A program made the translations under genes and the position numbers. Below the pieces are notes generated by a model. That model was not told the DNA's origin and searched no databases. It worked only from the letters and a program-made list of their open reading frames with translations. A DNA stretch of 64,000 bases from Antedon mediterranea (Eukaryota; Animalia; Echinodermata): contig NC_092673.1 of NCBI RefSeq assembly GCF_964355755.1, positions 23,929,648 through 23,993,647 of the forward strand, written 5' to 3'. Each line of letters starts with the position of its first letter. The stretch's first letter is position 1. Shown in pieces: positions 51,201 to 64,000 of the stretch.

Positions 51201-54200
51201 TCCACCTAAATAAAACAAGAGACTAATAACCTTTTCACATCTGCAAAATGTAACAACTTTTAACAATTTGTAACCAGGTTTGAATAGTGTGAAGAAAATT
51301 TTCTGGAAAATCTCCCGAGATTTGATTTTAATTTAAGAGGCTGTTCTTTTCTTCCGAGATGTCCCGAGTTTATACTGCGCATGTGTGGTGCCCTGGAATT
51401 TAACTGACCAATCACAGTACACTAAATTAAATATCGCCCCTAACTATGCAATGACAATGCATTCTCCAGAGATTTCTTGGGTTTGCATATGCGTGTATGA
51501 AAGCATGTAATAAATCGGAAGATCAAACCTAGTTACAAGTTGTAACAATTTATGCAAATGTGAAAAGGGTATTACACAATAATCTTCCTAAATGAAGCTA
51601 CGTAACTCAGACTGTGTTGTGGATTCCGATGTTTATTGTCAAAACCAGTTTTTTAAAACGCAATTTTGATTTCAATTTGAGTAGTTCATGTGACTCAACA
51701 TTAGGACAAGTTTGGAATTAGACAGGCACTTTTTACTTTATACCCACCTATTGACATCCCATTCATAGATCCTTCCACGGAACTACATGTTGACACAGAA
51801 GGCTTAGACTGTGGATTATCCTCTAGGATACTGTCATCTAATAGATGCCGTGATCCATTCCCAAGTTGACCAAATCCTCCGGGTGGAATGCTATAAAAAT
51901 AACATGATTAATTTTAACAGGTGTCAATTTCAATGTTTTAATTTCAAGAGCGATATGACATAATGATAAGGCAATCAAATTTGTTCCTCTGTGCCATATT
52001 GCTGGTATCCTCGTCTTTTACAGCTGATCTGGTATACATACAACACACAGGTGCACAAGAACTATTTGAAAAGAGTTTTTTTTTTCATTTATTTATTCTT
52101 TTATACTAGGTAGCCTCTTCAGTCTAAGACTGTTCTCCCAGAGCGCCCAGTGTATATATATTATGAGTTTGTGACAGTAGTAGTGTTTGAACTAGTACAC
52201 CGGGGTAACCTCCTACGTCTCAAAAGATGTACTAGGTACCTTTAAAGTGCACATGAGCCAGATGTGTACACTGGACCTACGGTTTATAGTCCTTATCCGG
52301 GAAGACTTGTTCTACCACCAGAACCATGGAGCTAGTAAGCCTCAAACCCTTGCTGATGTTATGGCTACGTATTAAAGTTTGATAGTGTAGACAAAGCTTA
52401 AGTCTCAAATGTGCAAAAATATATAATATGCAAATAATTCCAAAAAATTCAGTACGATATGCAAAATTCATTCACATTATAAATGTACAATTAGTAAAGA
52501 GATACAAAATAGAATAGGAATCTCACCTTACATCATTACTTGTAGAAAGAAAACTGAAACACAATTCAAATGACAAATGAGCAAGCAAAACCGTGAGCAT
52601 GCAACAAACAAAGAATTCACAAGTGAAGCTAAAGCTCTGTCTACACTATCAAACTTTATGGACAAAAAAAATGTGATGTACCCATTTAGACACAATGATG
52701 TCATTAACTACCAGATTTGGGTACATCACTACCATATTTGGACACATCACACATTTTTTGTTGAATTAATTTGATAGTGTAGACAGAGCTTAAAGAACAA
52801 ATACATGATTCAGATATACCATGCGGTTTCTACGTACCTTTTAACAAAATATGCACAATTATGACTTACGGTATTGATGAAATGAAGAGAGGAACAAACA
52901 AAATAGGATGGGTAAACAGGAGTAAAATAAGGTAGTACACAGTAGGAAAATGGGTAAAGAAGAGATTTAAGGAAAGGTAAAAAAAAAAAATAAACACATT
53001 CTTCAAAATAGGAATTGATACTGTAAGGGTTTAAAAATAGAAACTGATTTCACTTCAAACAAACACAAATGTATTGATTATGAATTTGCTAGAAACTCAT
53101 TCCCAACACCAAAAAACTTTGACGATAATATGTCACACTAGTGCACAATGTTGTATTGATAATGCACAAGTACATGCATTGTCACAATAAAAATTACTTA
53201 CTAGGCCCCTAAGCTGCGTGACTTCCGATGACCAGGAACAAATTTAGATGTTGTTGTTGGTGTGCCAGGTGGCTTGGTCGATACTTTCTCTAAAATATAA
53301 TCATAATTTATATTATCAATATAATAAATAAATAATAGGTCTTAGGTCATCATAAATTGAAATGTCCCTAAAGCTCTGTCTATACTATCAAACTAGTTTA
53401 AAAAAAATGTGATGTGCCCATAAATTGACATGGTGAGCATGCATATCACTACCATATAGGGCACATCACATGTTTTTTGTCAAACTAGTTTGATAGATAG
53501 TGTCAAAGATAGTGTAGTAGGACTATCTTTGATAGTGTAGACAGAGCTTTACAACAAATGCCATGTCATATGATTGAAATGAAGAGTGAATTCCAATCTA
53601 GGAATCATTAAGTTTAATGAGAAACCAAGATAATTAAATAATTGATTACTGCGATTCAATTTAAAATATATTGAAATATCATGACAGAAACCACATACCT
53701 GTAATATCCAAGTCTTCTTTAGACTTCACTATCAATGGAACAGTAGGTTCTAGTTGCAACGATAATCTATTAAATTATATATATAAAAAAAACTTAATTT
53801 AATCTAAACATGATTTGCATTATCTCAAAATTAATCAAGCAGAATTGAGAATACAAATATTAATATCAAATTTATGAAATAAATAACTTAAGTCCTTTAC
53901 ATGAATTTAATAAAAAAACAAATTTCAATTATGTTCAGTTCCATCAAAAATGTAAATTGTTTGCTGTTTTTTTTTTATTGAAAATTTTCCAGTTTCATAT
54001 AGTTAGAAGAGGCTGGATTAATATTCTACATATTTGCAGACCGAGTTATTTCTTCCTATTTTTTTTACCAACACCCTATCACCATCCCCAACAATAAACA
54101 ATATAGAAAGAAAATGAATTATGTTAAGTGGAATACTTACTTGTAATTGTCTTCTTCAACAAATTTTTGTAGTTCCTCTATATACCTTACAGATTTGAGA

Positions 54201-57200
54201 TAATTTTGTACATGTGGTAGAGATTCAATATCATATTGTGATTGTTGGTATTCTGCTATTGTCCGCAACACATTATTCATCTTTAAAAACAAATAAATTC
54301 AATTATTTAAATATTTGATACATAATAAACTAATTAATAACTAATCGATTCAATTATTATTTCTTGATTCATGTTTTTCTAGACAAATTACTCTGAAACG
54401 GTTACATACACAAGGATTTTTTTCCAGTTAAAGTTCCATATCAATTATATGAATGTATTTTTATTGCCTGGATATTTCAAAAATTGAATTGACATAATAT
54501 TTACTAACATTTAAACACTCAACAATTTAATTTAATAAACCTATTTCTCTAATTACAAGATATAATATTAAGAACAAAATATCTACAATATTTTAGATAC
54601 AAAATATCCAGAAATAGATATCATTATCAGAAATATGATATTCAGATATTAGAAATATATATATATATGTATAATCAAAGGCCAAATTACTGAAACAAAT
54701 TATAATGCTGTGGGTATTAAGGCTGGATCTCAATGGAGATACCAATAAAATAAGAAAAAAGCTAAATCAAAATGAGTAAAGTAATAAAGTATATATATAT
54801 ATTATATATATATAATATATATAAGTATAAAGTATATATATATATAATATATATATAAGTATAAAGTATATAAGTGAAACCGCCAGAAAGAAATTGCAGA
54901 TTGCAGGTTTTGGGTAACACCAAGTGATACATATTAATATTAGATAATTTAAAAATAAAGTATGTATTGCAAGATATCATGATACAAGAAACAGAACACA
55001 AAAGCGTTTTGTAATTTGTATGTCATCCTCATTACACTGATAACTTTAATGCCTGAAGTGTGCAATCTAATCCTATCTACTTCATATCACAAGAAGTATC
55101 AAACACGAATCATCATTTACATATTTCAAAAAGAATCTAAATTGATCTTCTACATGCAATAAATGTATTCAATGTGAAACAATATTATTAATAGTGAGAA
55201 AGATTCGGTAAACTATAATTAATTTATGTCTATAAAACAGCTTTAAAAATAGGTGCATTGAGAAGAGATCATCATAATAGAAAAATGCTTACATTTTCTC
55301 TGATTTGCCATTTGTTTAAACATTGGATTGTGACGCTACTATTGTATTACATTAATATATATCATTTATAATTAATTTATAATATAATATAAATTATTTT
55401 TATGAGTTGAATAGGGAGAATATTTTGATAAGTTGAATGGAACAAACAAATGAAAATATTCCCTCAATTCAACAAACATGTTTGGTAACATGATATAGAG
55501 CCAACCAATCAAATAGCAAGGCTCCCCGATACTAAGGCTGTGGCTTAAGAGGAGCCTCTGGGTGAAATATTGAATAAAAAAATGTTACTTATACGTTTTA
55601 TAACAAAGATAAAGGGTAATATGTAAAATTATGTGCTTACCTTAATACTCCTATTCTCACTATCCAATCCCCCGGTACTTGGATGTGCAACATCTATATA
55701 AATAAGATCTTGTAAATACATTCCTAAAAAAAACAGAAAAATCATAAACTGTTATTTATAGAATGAGTATAAAAAAATTCTTGACAGTACAGTAACTTTT
55801 GGTTTTTCGCGCCATGCCTGGCAGGACATAAGCATGTTACCACACACGAAGATTTTGTACTACAGCTGACAGAAATGAGAATTTTTAAACTCAACTAATT
55901 TATAGGTCCATGCTCAACAAAAATAATTGATAATAAATCATTATTTCTGAAGAACAATAATTGAAACTGTTAAGTTAACAAGTCGAGCAGCGTTTTTTTT
56001 TAAAACATATTTCTTAAAAACACATTCTGAATACCAGAATTCTGGGAAAACCAGATATATTAGGCCAGCGAATGGGAAAATGGACTTCATTCTATGAAAA
56101 TGGTATAAAAATAACAGACAGAATAAAACATATAAAATTGAATAAATTTACCTAAATATGGTACACATGGAAGGCGAACATTGTTAAGATGTTCTCGTAA
56201 CCTTTGACGGTTGTCATCATCTGATACTAACTCCGATAGCTTCTCATAAGTGGAACGTTCTTTCTTGTGTAAAAGCTGTATAGATATGATACATTTTAGA
56301 TGATGCAATTCAAAACATAAACTGAACCTAAATAATATAAAAAGTTTACTTTGATAATTGAAATATTAGATACATAAAGGTGGTATTTACTATTAGGTCA
56401 ACTAGTTGACATTAGTGAGCTACTGAACAAAAATGGCACACACATGAGCCCATGAGTTATTTTTTTAAATTTTATGTATTTATATGCACACGTGGCCAAG
56501 GATTACCAACAGAAAATCAATCACTGTCCTATCCTATGGAAATCCTCTGATACAGGGGCTATTTTGTGAACCAGTTCACCGGGTTAGCCCTCTATTCGTC
56601 TCAAATGATTTGAAGTTATTTTTGGCTCTTTAGGTACGATAAACGGCCTTTCCTGCCTTAACCGCTCGGCCATTTGACTCGCTCAAAAAATAAAGTTGCG
56701 TTTAGTTGCTTCTAATTGAACACAACTTTGAGTAGTGTCGCTCGTGGTATTGATCTATACTTGGATTTTTAGTTCCATTTAGATCTATTCAGGTGCTCGA
56801 AAATCTTGGCCAAGTTGAGTTTCGACCCAAATATATCTTTAGTTGTATTATGTATTCCATTGCATTCAGCTTTCACTGGTTTTACTACAAAATTACTTAA
56901 CTTTACTATCCCACCTTCTAAACATATGAATTACAAAAAGTAAACAATTTAATTTCCACTTACATTCCACGTTTTAGTTAACCTATAAACAGATGCACTA
57001 TGTAGAGCTGATATTACAGCTAAAAGTGAGTGAAAATTATTTAAATCACTTAATTTCTGTAAAGATAAAGTAGAACATGTTATAGATAGATTAATTTGTA
57101 TAAAAAAAATAAACATAGCAATATAACATTAATAGAATGTAGTTAAATGGCAGTATAAAATTAGTATGATAGCAACTGTATGGCACACAAAGAGAAAATT

Positions 57201-60200
57201 AATCAACAACAATCTTCACTAACCATGTTCATGATCACATCACTTTTTTTTGTCACATAAAGTTTGATAGTGTAGACAGAGCTTAAAAGATGCACTGGGT
57301 TCATTAACATGCACACCAGCCACACTATACCACAAGTTACATCCTTACCCAAAAGACTTGTTCTACCACCAACTATGGTAAACAAGGGCCTTGGAACAAT
57401 AATGATGGTTGTGGTTTGTGGTATTGTACTTTAACCATTCACATGAATTCCAGGTCATACAGTAATATATTTATTATCATTCATAGGAATATAAAGATGA
57501 AAGGTTTTAGCAATGGCTCAAGTTTCAATTATTAGATAAAACAAGGCCAACAGCCATTAAGTCGCGTGCTACAATGCATAGTGATACCGGACCGACAGAC
57601 AGACCGACAGACAGACAGACCGACAGACAGACAGACCGACCGACATAGTGAACTATACTGACCGAAATTACTGAACATGTTTAAAAATGTTGAAATGTTT
57701 AAAAACATTTATATTTTTTTAATTTACACGTGCGTAGCCTGTCACTTTTGACGTGCTCGTATAACGTAATTTCGAGTTGAAAAGTAAGTCAAGAAAACAG
57801 AAATCGGGCAAAAAGAGTGCTCAATAACATTTAACGCGCAGTGCGCGCGCAAAAATATGCGCACTCATGGCAATTTTGTAAACGCTTAAAATTGCCTGAA
57901 ACGTACTCTTATTTCATCGAAAATAAATTTTGAAAATTTTAAGCGCGCGTACGCATGCGTTACATGCGCTACGCACGTAATTGTATTGCCATATGATGAT
58001 TTATGCCCTGAAATTTATGAGTACCAAATTTTATTTAATTGTGATTCATGGTTGTGAAGATATGATTACAAACGTGATTTCGTTAAATCGTGCGTAGACC
58101 GCGTAATTTTTTATTGCGCACCGTGAAAACATAACCCCATTGATTCCTGGCCATAAGGAATATACTGTGAAAAATTGACCTAGCTAGATTAAACTGATAT
58201 CAAGATAAGGTCAGAAAGCGATAAAACGCATAGTGATACTGGACCGACAGACAGACAGACCGACCAACCGACCGACATATAGAGTCGCTTCCACGCGACT
58301 AAAAATTGAATTATCAGTAATTTATGTTTTTATGGAGGTTATTTTCAAACAGTAACAAACAAACCTTTGCAATTTTTATAAAATGTCCTAGAATTTCTGC
58401 TCTTATCTTAACCGTCTGACCACTTAAAATCTCTTTTACAACCCAGAAACTAACCTACAAGAAAAAATACAATTAAATCAGTGTTGAATGAATAATCTAG
58501 ACAAAATTTGCGGTTTTTCTACTGAAGAACATTTTAAAAATGTTGTAGCAGCATTTTTTTCTATGACAAATTAAAAACACATATAAAAAGTGGTTTACTT
58601 TTACTTATAATACGTTTATATATTCAGCAGTTTAATTGGAATGCCCTGCCCATAATAATAAAACAAAGTAAATCTATTTGGGTGTCCCCTGAAACTCCTG
58701 GACCTGGCTGTAGTGTTAAAGCATATATTACCCCTCATTCATTTCACAAAGTATCCCCTTTAATTTAAATGTCCCCTGAATCCCCTGAGGTTGGCTGCGG
58801 TGTTTAAGCATATATTACCCCTCAGTCATTTCACAAAGTATCCCCTTTAATTTAAATGTCCCCTGAATCCCCTGAGGTTGGCTGCAGTGTTAAAGCATAT
58901 ATTACCCCTCAGTCATTTCACAAAGTATCCCCTTTAATTTAAATGTCCCCTGAATCCCCTGAGGTTGGCTGCGGTGTTTAAGCATATATTACCCCTCAGT
59001 CATTTCACAAAGTATCCCCTTTAATTTAAATGTCCCCTGAATCCTCTGAGGTTGGCTGCGGTGTTTAAGCATATATTACCCCTCAGTCATTTCACAAAGT
59101 ATCCCCTTTAATTTAAATGTCCCCTGAATCCCCTGAGGTTGGCTGCGGTGTTTAAGCATATATTACCCCTCAGTCATTTCACAAAGTATCCCCTTTAATT
59201 TAAATGTCCCCTGAATCCCCTGAGGTTGGCTGCGGTGTTTAAGCATATATTACCCCTCAGTCATTTCACAAAGTATCCCCTTTAATTTAAATGTCCCCTG
59301 AATCCCCTGAGGTTGGCTGCGGTGTTTAAGCATATATTACCCCTCAGTCATTTCACAAAGTATCCCCTTTAATTTAAATGTCCCCTGAATCCCCTGAGGC
59401 TGGCTGCGGTGTTTAAGCATATATTTCCCCTCATTTCACCATGGTCCTATAAGTTCCCCTTTAATACAGTAGATGTGCCCTTATAATATTGGTGTCATAA
59501 ACTTACATGGTTAAATCGTCTTGTGAATGCTACGATATTTGGACACACATTATTCTTGTCTTTACCCGACCATGCGCAGCTACTAAGCTCCTGTTGATAA
59601 CAAATTAAAAACTATGATTTAAAAACCCAGTTAATACTATTATAAATGTATAATTATAGGAAATTATTTAACATAGACTGTAGCAGAATGTTTTTATGAT
59701 AACTACATATTTTTTTGGTTTAACTTTTTTATTTTTTTATTTATTATAATTCAATCATATGTACATTATTTACAAAAGATATTTGGTTTCAAATGTGTTA
59801 CTAAGATGTCCGAGTTTGAAGCTACAGTATTTACTATGGTAGAGGAAGTGAGTTTTATGGTTGTGGTGCTTGTTTAAATGAATTTCATGTTCAAATCCTA
59901 TGTTAGGATTTATTCTGTCAATTAATAGACTGCATCCAAAGACTGTGTTTATACACTGTATGAGCATACAATGGTTCCAGTTATTACTTCATACCATGGG
60001 GGATTTCATACTTTGGGTATAGGCATAGATAGCCGCCAATTAAAAAGTGGAATGGCCTTTCATACAAAGGAATGTGATATCATTTGAAATCATGGAATAA
60101 TGTTCACTGTTTAATAATGTCTCTTATGATGTTTTATGTGTAATTCTAAACTTTATAACTGTCAGTTCAACTTAATGCATGGATGAACAGGTCAAAGGTT

Positions 60201-62803
60201 AATGTATTCTTTTATGACCCATAAAGTACAGTGTCTACAGTAATATAAGGGATAGTGTAGGGCTGAGCATCTGCCTATTCATACTGTAGGCAGCTGATGC
60301 ACCTAGTGATCTCAGCAAGCTAGAAAGGAGGTCAGACTTTCACCCCTGTATGTTTTTATTGTATTTTCATAACAAAAATTCTGACAAACATGTTATGCTG
60401 TATCAACAAACTTTCCAAGATACTGAAGAAATTATGATACAGTGGTGTATTGATATTTGTTATTCATATTATATTCAAAATAAATTTCAGGCCAAGATCA
60501 ACATCGTAAATCCTATACATACAAACTAAAATGTCAACTTAATGAAAAAAATCTTTAAATTTTAAATTTAAAAATCATACATTGAAACTTACCTCAGCTG
60601 TAATGTTTTTAAATACTGGGTAATCCATTAATGTTATTTGGCTCTAAAAATAGAAGTAAAAATTATGTTTTAGCTAAAATACAGTACTTCAATATGTAAA
60701 TAAATTATATTATTTGAACAATGAATAACTTCTGTTTGTAAATAATGTCTATTGTTATTCTGCTGAAAACACACATATTGTAAAACGGTAGGAAGAAAAA
60801 TTTGCATTAACATTATTTTAAAAGAATAATACATTTAAAAAAATACATATTTATCATTTTGGTTCAATTAAATTAAAAAAGTAAAATAAAATTGAAATTT
60901 CAACTGTCATCAGACGGAGACTTTTAATGTATAACCTCTATTAAAGGGACACCTTTGAGGTGTCCACTACAAATTATGGGGTTGGTTACTGTAGTGTTAA
61001 AACATACACTAGGAGGGGTTCTAATGTATGGTCCAACTACCTTAAAAACATTATTTTTATTGTCATCAAATCAAATGTTAATTTATTAATATTTAATAAC
61101 TATAATTTCCCAATAGTTCTTTGTTGGTTTACGCAGCATAATTTTTGATAAAAAAAACTTATTTTGTGTTATTAACTGTATTTCAATTTTGCGTCAATTT
61201 AAACTACCTATGTTAGAAAAAAAATTCATTATCTTCAACCATCTTTTACTAAGCTTTTAGATCCACTGTAGATTACAACAGTCTGATGACAAAAATGATT
61301 GATCATGAACCAAAACATAGCAATGTTTTTCTAATACTGTTAGTGATTAGTGATATGAAACACTATCAATCACAGTGGCCTTGTTAGCAGGCAAAGTGCA
61401 TGAACTGTCTTTAAATTGATGCTTCATGGAATGGTTAAAAATAGTTCTAATATTGAGAAGTACTAATATTCTCAACTTGCCCGATTCTAATAGTTGATTA
61501 TTTTGACAGTATTTTAAACAATTTATAACCTCTTCAGGCCCTACAACATGTCCTCTGATTAGCAGTAAGTAGTGCCATAGTGTTTCCTATTATTATTATT
61601 ATTTCCCCTTATTCATTTTCATGAGAAGGTTTTCCTTGAATAGGGTATCCCATTAGGGTCTTCTCTGAATAATGTGTCCCCTTTATACTGTAGGGGTGCA
61701 TCAAAGGCGGTTTTCATATTGGTTATAGAATTAATAACTATATAATTTTCTTCTGATCCACCTGACTTTCACACTTTTGGGAAAATATTGGAGACCGCAA
61801 CACATCCGTCTAGAGGTGGACATGGCATTGCACATTTACAGCACATTTCCTATTTATATATTAACATAAATTTTGCATTAATTAATTAAAAGAAATCACA
61901 TTCAATGATTTTAGTGTTAAGTATTTATATTCAAAAATATATACAGTAAGTATGAACTACTACTTAAATCAACTACTGTATCAGTATGTTTTAATCGGTC
62001 AAATGTTTGCAGATCAACCAAAAGGTTTATTGGATTCAGAAAAAAAAAATTAAATCAGAACCAATTACATCAGATCCAATTACATAACAAATTATTGACA
62101 TAACAATAACAGTATTTGTTTGTTGATAATATAGTATTGTATGTCTGAGTATAATTGAAGACAAAGATTACTGTACATGGTCTGAAGACAATTCATCTAG
62201 ATTACGTGAGTATCAACACGGTATCTGATCAATCTCTGACGTACAACGACAGAACAAACAGGACAAAAACATGTTTTATATTCTTTAATTATTTCCTAAT
62301 TAACGTCAGCTGTACTTAGAAGTGTTATCCTAAACAAGAGTAGGAAGGATTAACATATTAAAGAATTATGTATCGGCCAATCAAATTGCTTAACAAGCGG
62401 AGGACATTTTAGTTTGCAGTTGGTAACAAAACTGGATACAATGTTAATTATACAAATTAAGAGGAACAGTTTGCGACTGAAAAAATAAAAGGAATTATGC
62501 AATAATATGTACAGTAGAAATTGTAATAGTATAATTAATAATTAAAATATATATTATAGATTTGTTCTGAAATGTTTCACTTGAATAGAGAATTGTATTG
62601 TATACAATGTTATTTACAGTATATACAATTATATTATTATTTTTACGTAATACGTAATAACAAACAAAATTGTAGAATGATCTAGAATTGAAACTTACGG
62701 CAAAATGCTCGGGCATAACCCTGAGCATGTCGAACACAACAGCGTCAAACGTCTTCAGACGTGGAAGAGTCCAGCGGATGTCCACCTTATCTTGACCATT
62801 TGG
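42258..62803 (-). CDS. RALGPS: Ras-specific guanine nucleotide-releasing factor RalGPS1/2 orthologue (CDC25 RasGEF + PH domain), 5'-incomplete
   Basis: Exons 62803-62699, 60643-60593, 59590-59507, 58454-58365, 57056-56964, 56275-56152, 55723-55641, 54280-54141, 53766-53699, 53289-53202, (microexons 52864-52838, 52553-52527), 51890-51748, 51205-51077, 50387-50341, 49644-49552, 49202-49100, 48687-48596, 42287-42258; all phases compatible. Motifs [83 protein letters not shown] and C-terminal VPTNLMSFE*. The start codon was not located in the window. Confidence 0.95.
42864..43027. mobile_element. MITE family A
   Basis: Same TIRs and core. Confidence 0.7.
44333..44622. repeat. Tandem duplication with a 150-bp period
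   Basis: 44333-44472 is repeated at 44483-44622 with no visible differences. Confidence 0.9.
45234..48504 (-). mobile_element. Internally deleted Academ (XPG-nuclease, AcademX-type) DNA transposon in the last RalGPS intron
   Basis: About 350-bp imperfect terminal inverted repeats starting TAGTCAGGCAGCATTTG (45234) and ending CAAATGCTGCCTGACTA (48504); 3-bp CTA target duplication on both sides; internal ORF remnant with XPG/FEN-like motifs and a Cys-rich tail. Confidence 0.85.
45917..47461 (-). pseudogene. Academ protein remnant: XPG/FEN1-like nuclease domain + C-terminal Cys-rich (CXC-like) finger
   Basis: ORFs 47461-46523 and 46444-45917 are in the same frame, split by one TGA at 46523-46525. 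Motifs [76 protein letters not shown]. No N-terminal transposase region remains. Confidence 0.8.
49696..49998 (+). mobile_element. tRNA-derived SINE, apparently full length
   Basis: A box TGGCCGAGCGG (49705-49715), B box GGTTCGAGGC (49760-49769), body TTCTCGGATAAGGACTATAAACC..GTGCACTTTAAAGAACC, AT-rich tail; other copies elsewhere in the window. Confidence 0.8.
50146..50304. mobile_element. MITE family A
   Basis: Same TIRs and core. Confidence 0.7.
50864..50996. mobile_element. MITE family A
   Basis: Same TIRs and core. Confidence 0.7.
51224..51574. mobile_element. MITE-like inverted-repeat element
   Basis: TAATAACCTTTTCACATCTGCA..TGTAACCAGGTTTGA at the left end is the inverted counterpart of TCAAACCTAGTTACA..TGCAAATGTGAAAAGGGTATTA at the right end. 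Confidence 0.6.
52095..52370 (-). mobile_element. SINE copy (same family as 49696-49998), 5'-truncated
   Basis: Reverse-complement match to the SINE body and tail. Confidence 0.75.
52527..52553 (-). CDS. RALGPS: RalGPS candidate microexon B (27 nt, FLSTSNDV)
   Basis: tgtgtttcag|TTTTCTTTCTACAAGTAATGATGTAAG|gtgaga; phase 2-2; TGCATG and several TGC motifs upstream of the acceptor. Confidence 0.65.
52633..52790. mobile_element. MITE family A (between the two RalGPS microexons)
   Basis: Intact TIRs with TAA target duplication. Confidence 0.8.
52838..52864 (-). CDS. RALGPS: RalGPS candidate microexon A (27 nt, HNCAYFVK)
   Basis: Long AG-free polypyrimidine tract, then taag|TCATAATTGTGCATATTTTGTTAAAAG|gtacgt; phase 2-2, frame-preserving. 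Confidence 0.55.
53372..53548. mobile_element. MITE family A
   Basis: Same TIRs, duplicated right end. Confidence 0.7.
57540..58285 (+). mobile_element. Helentron-associated / DINE-1-like non-autonomous element
   Basis: Starts AACAAGGCC; two (ACAG/ACCG)n microsatellite blocks; 3' hairpin AGTCGC-TTCCAC-GCGACT followed by an A-run; sits in an A/T context with no clear TSD. Confidence 0.6.
58684..59440. repeat. 87-bp minisatellite, about 8.5 copies, in a RalGPS intron
   Basis: Unit starts GTCCCCTGAATCCCCTGAGGTTGGCTGCGG at 58771, 58858, 58945 and onward. Confidence 0.92.
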
Positions 62804-64000
62804 CTAAAAATTAAGTAGATTTTCAAATTGAAATTAAACTTCATTTATTAAATATATTATTATTAAATTCTTCAAGTGAGGTATCAGATTAAAATATTTG
62901 CCAATGACAATTACTATATTAATTAATACTTAATATTATTAAAAAATACAGTAAGTACTAATACTATACAATTATAATGTTATTTATATGCTTTTATCAG
63001 CCGAGTGTACCCAACCTGTAGAAATACAAGAAGATTTGGAATACCTCATTGTGAAATTAATAATTACTGTATAAAAGGAAATAATAAAACCAAAACATCT
63101 TGAATAAGTTACTTTAACAATTAAAAAGAATTTTATGAAATTATTTCATAATTATTTGTATTATGAAAATATGATCCTCATTTTCATCAAAGTTTAATTT
63201 AAAAACTGTTTCAAACATCACAAAACTTAATTAAACTTACCTTAAAATAAAATACTACAGTAAAACATTACCAAAATAAGCGCATAACCACACTACACAA
63301 ACATGTGTACACTACTGTACAATATGCTCGGGTCAATTTAAGTCCGGTTTCCCGTGCTATGATCACAAACGCTTTGCCGGAAGAGTTCAATCTATAGCAT
63401 CTACCACATGAATCATCGACACTTTCAGCTTGCCAACAACAGACCAACAAACCATCTGACTCGCACTCAAAAATGTGATTAGACAAAATTATTTCACACT
63501 CATAATTCTACCAAGGGTCCTTATGCTAATTAGTTCAATCATAATCGACACGCATGAGTGAATGTACACTAATCATTTGTCATCAGCTTTTGACATATGT
63601 CAATAGACTACCAATGTAAAACAATTATTAATACTGTACTTTTTTTATTTATAATCAGGTGTACATTTGCTACTCAATTATGTTTATTACCTTTCTGTGA
63701 ACTTGCATTGCATATTGCACAATTAAACCTATATTATTATTAATTAATTAGTGTGTTACTGATGGTAACACATGAATTAATTTTTAAAACTGTACCCGAA
63801 ATATATCCCAATTTATTGTACAGTAGCCTATTACTAGAGCCCCAGCGTATTATATTACTGTAGACTTGAAATGAAGTTTTATTATTTGATAAAAAGATAA
63901 ATTCAATTTGTGTAACTGGTACAGTATTGTTGTAAGCAAAACAAAAATTGTTTCCAAATTTATTATTATTGTCGTTATATTCAACTAGAAAATCAATCAA

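Overview
AT-rich, intron-containing animal genomic DNA, most likely a marine invertebrate; a deuterostome such as an echinoderm is an inference from gene similarity and repeat style. Four spliced genes can be reconstructed by hand with GT-AG junctions and consistent reading frames. (1) A 4-exon, 195-aa secreted glycoprotein (+, 5931-9260), only partly captured by the ORF track. Its helix pattern, all-phase-0 introns, CRE/C-EBP/kB/STAT/TATA promoter and AU-rich 3' region suggest a long-chain four-helix (IL-6/IL-11/CNTF-type) cytokine; this is the main discovery candidate. (2) KLHL20/diablo (-, 584 aa). (3) ANKRD45 (+, 267 aa), head-to-head with KLHL20 as in human 1q25. (4) A RALGPS1/2 orthologue (-, 5'-incomplete) with two 27-nt candidate microexons. 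The rest is a dense repeat landscape: an internally deleted Academ (XPG-type) DNA transposon in the last RalGPS intron, two PIF/Harbinger-like MITE families, a nested TIR element, a Kolobok-like MITE, Helentron/DINE-like elements, tRNA-derived SINEs, LINE fragments and four minisatellites (33, 51, 82 and 87 bp units), one with a tRNA-like monomer. All calls are from reading the sequence; no database searches were run.
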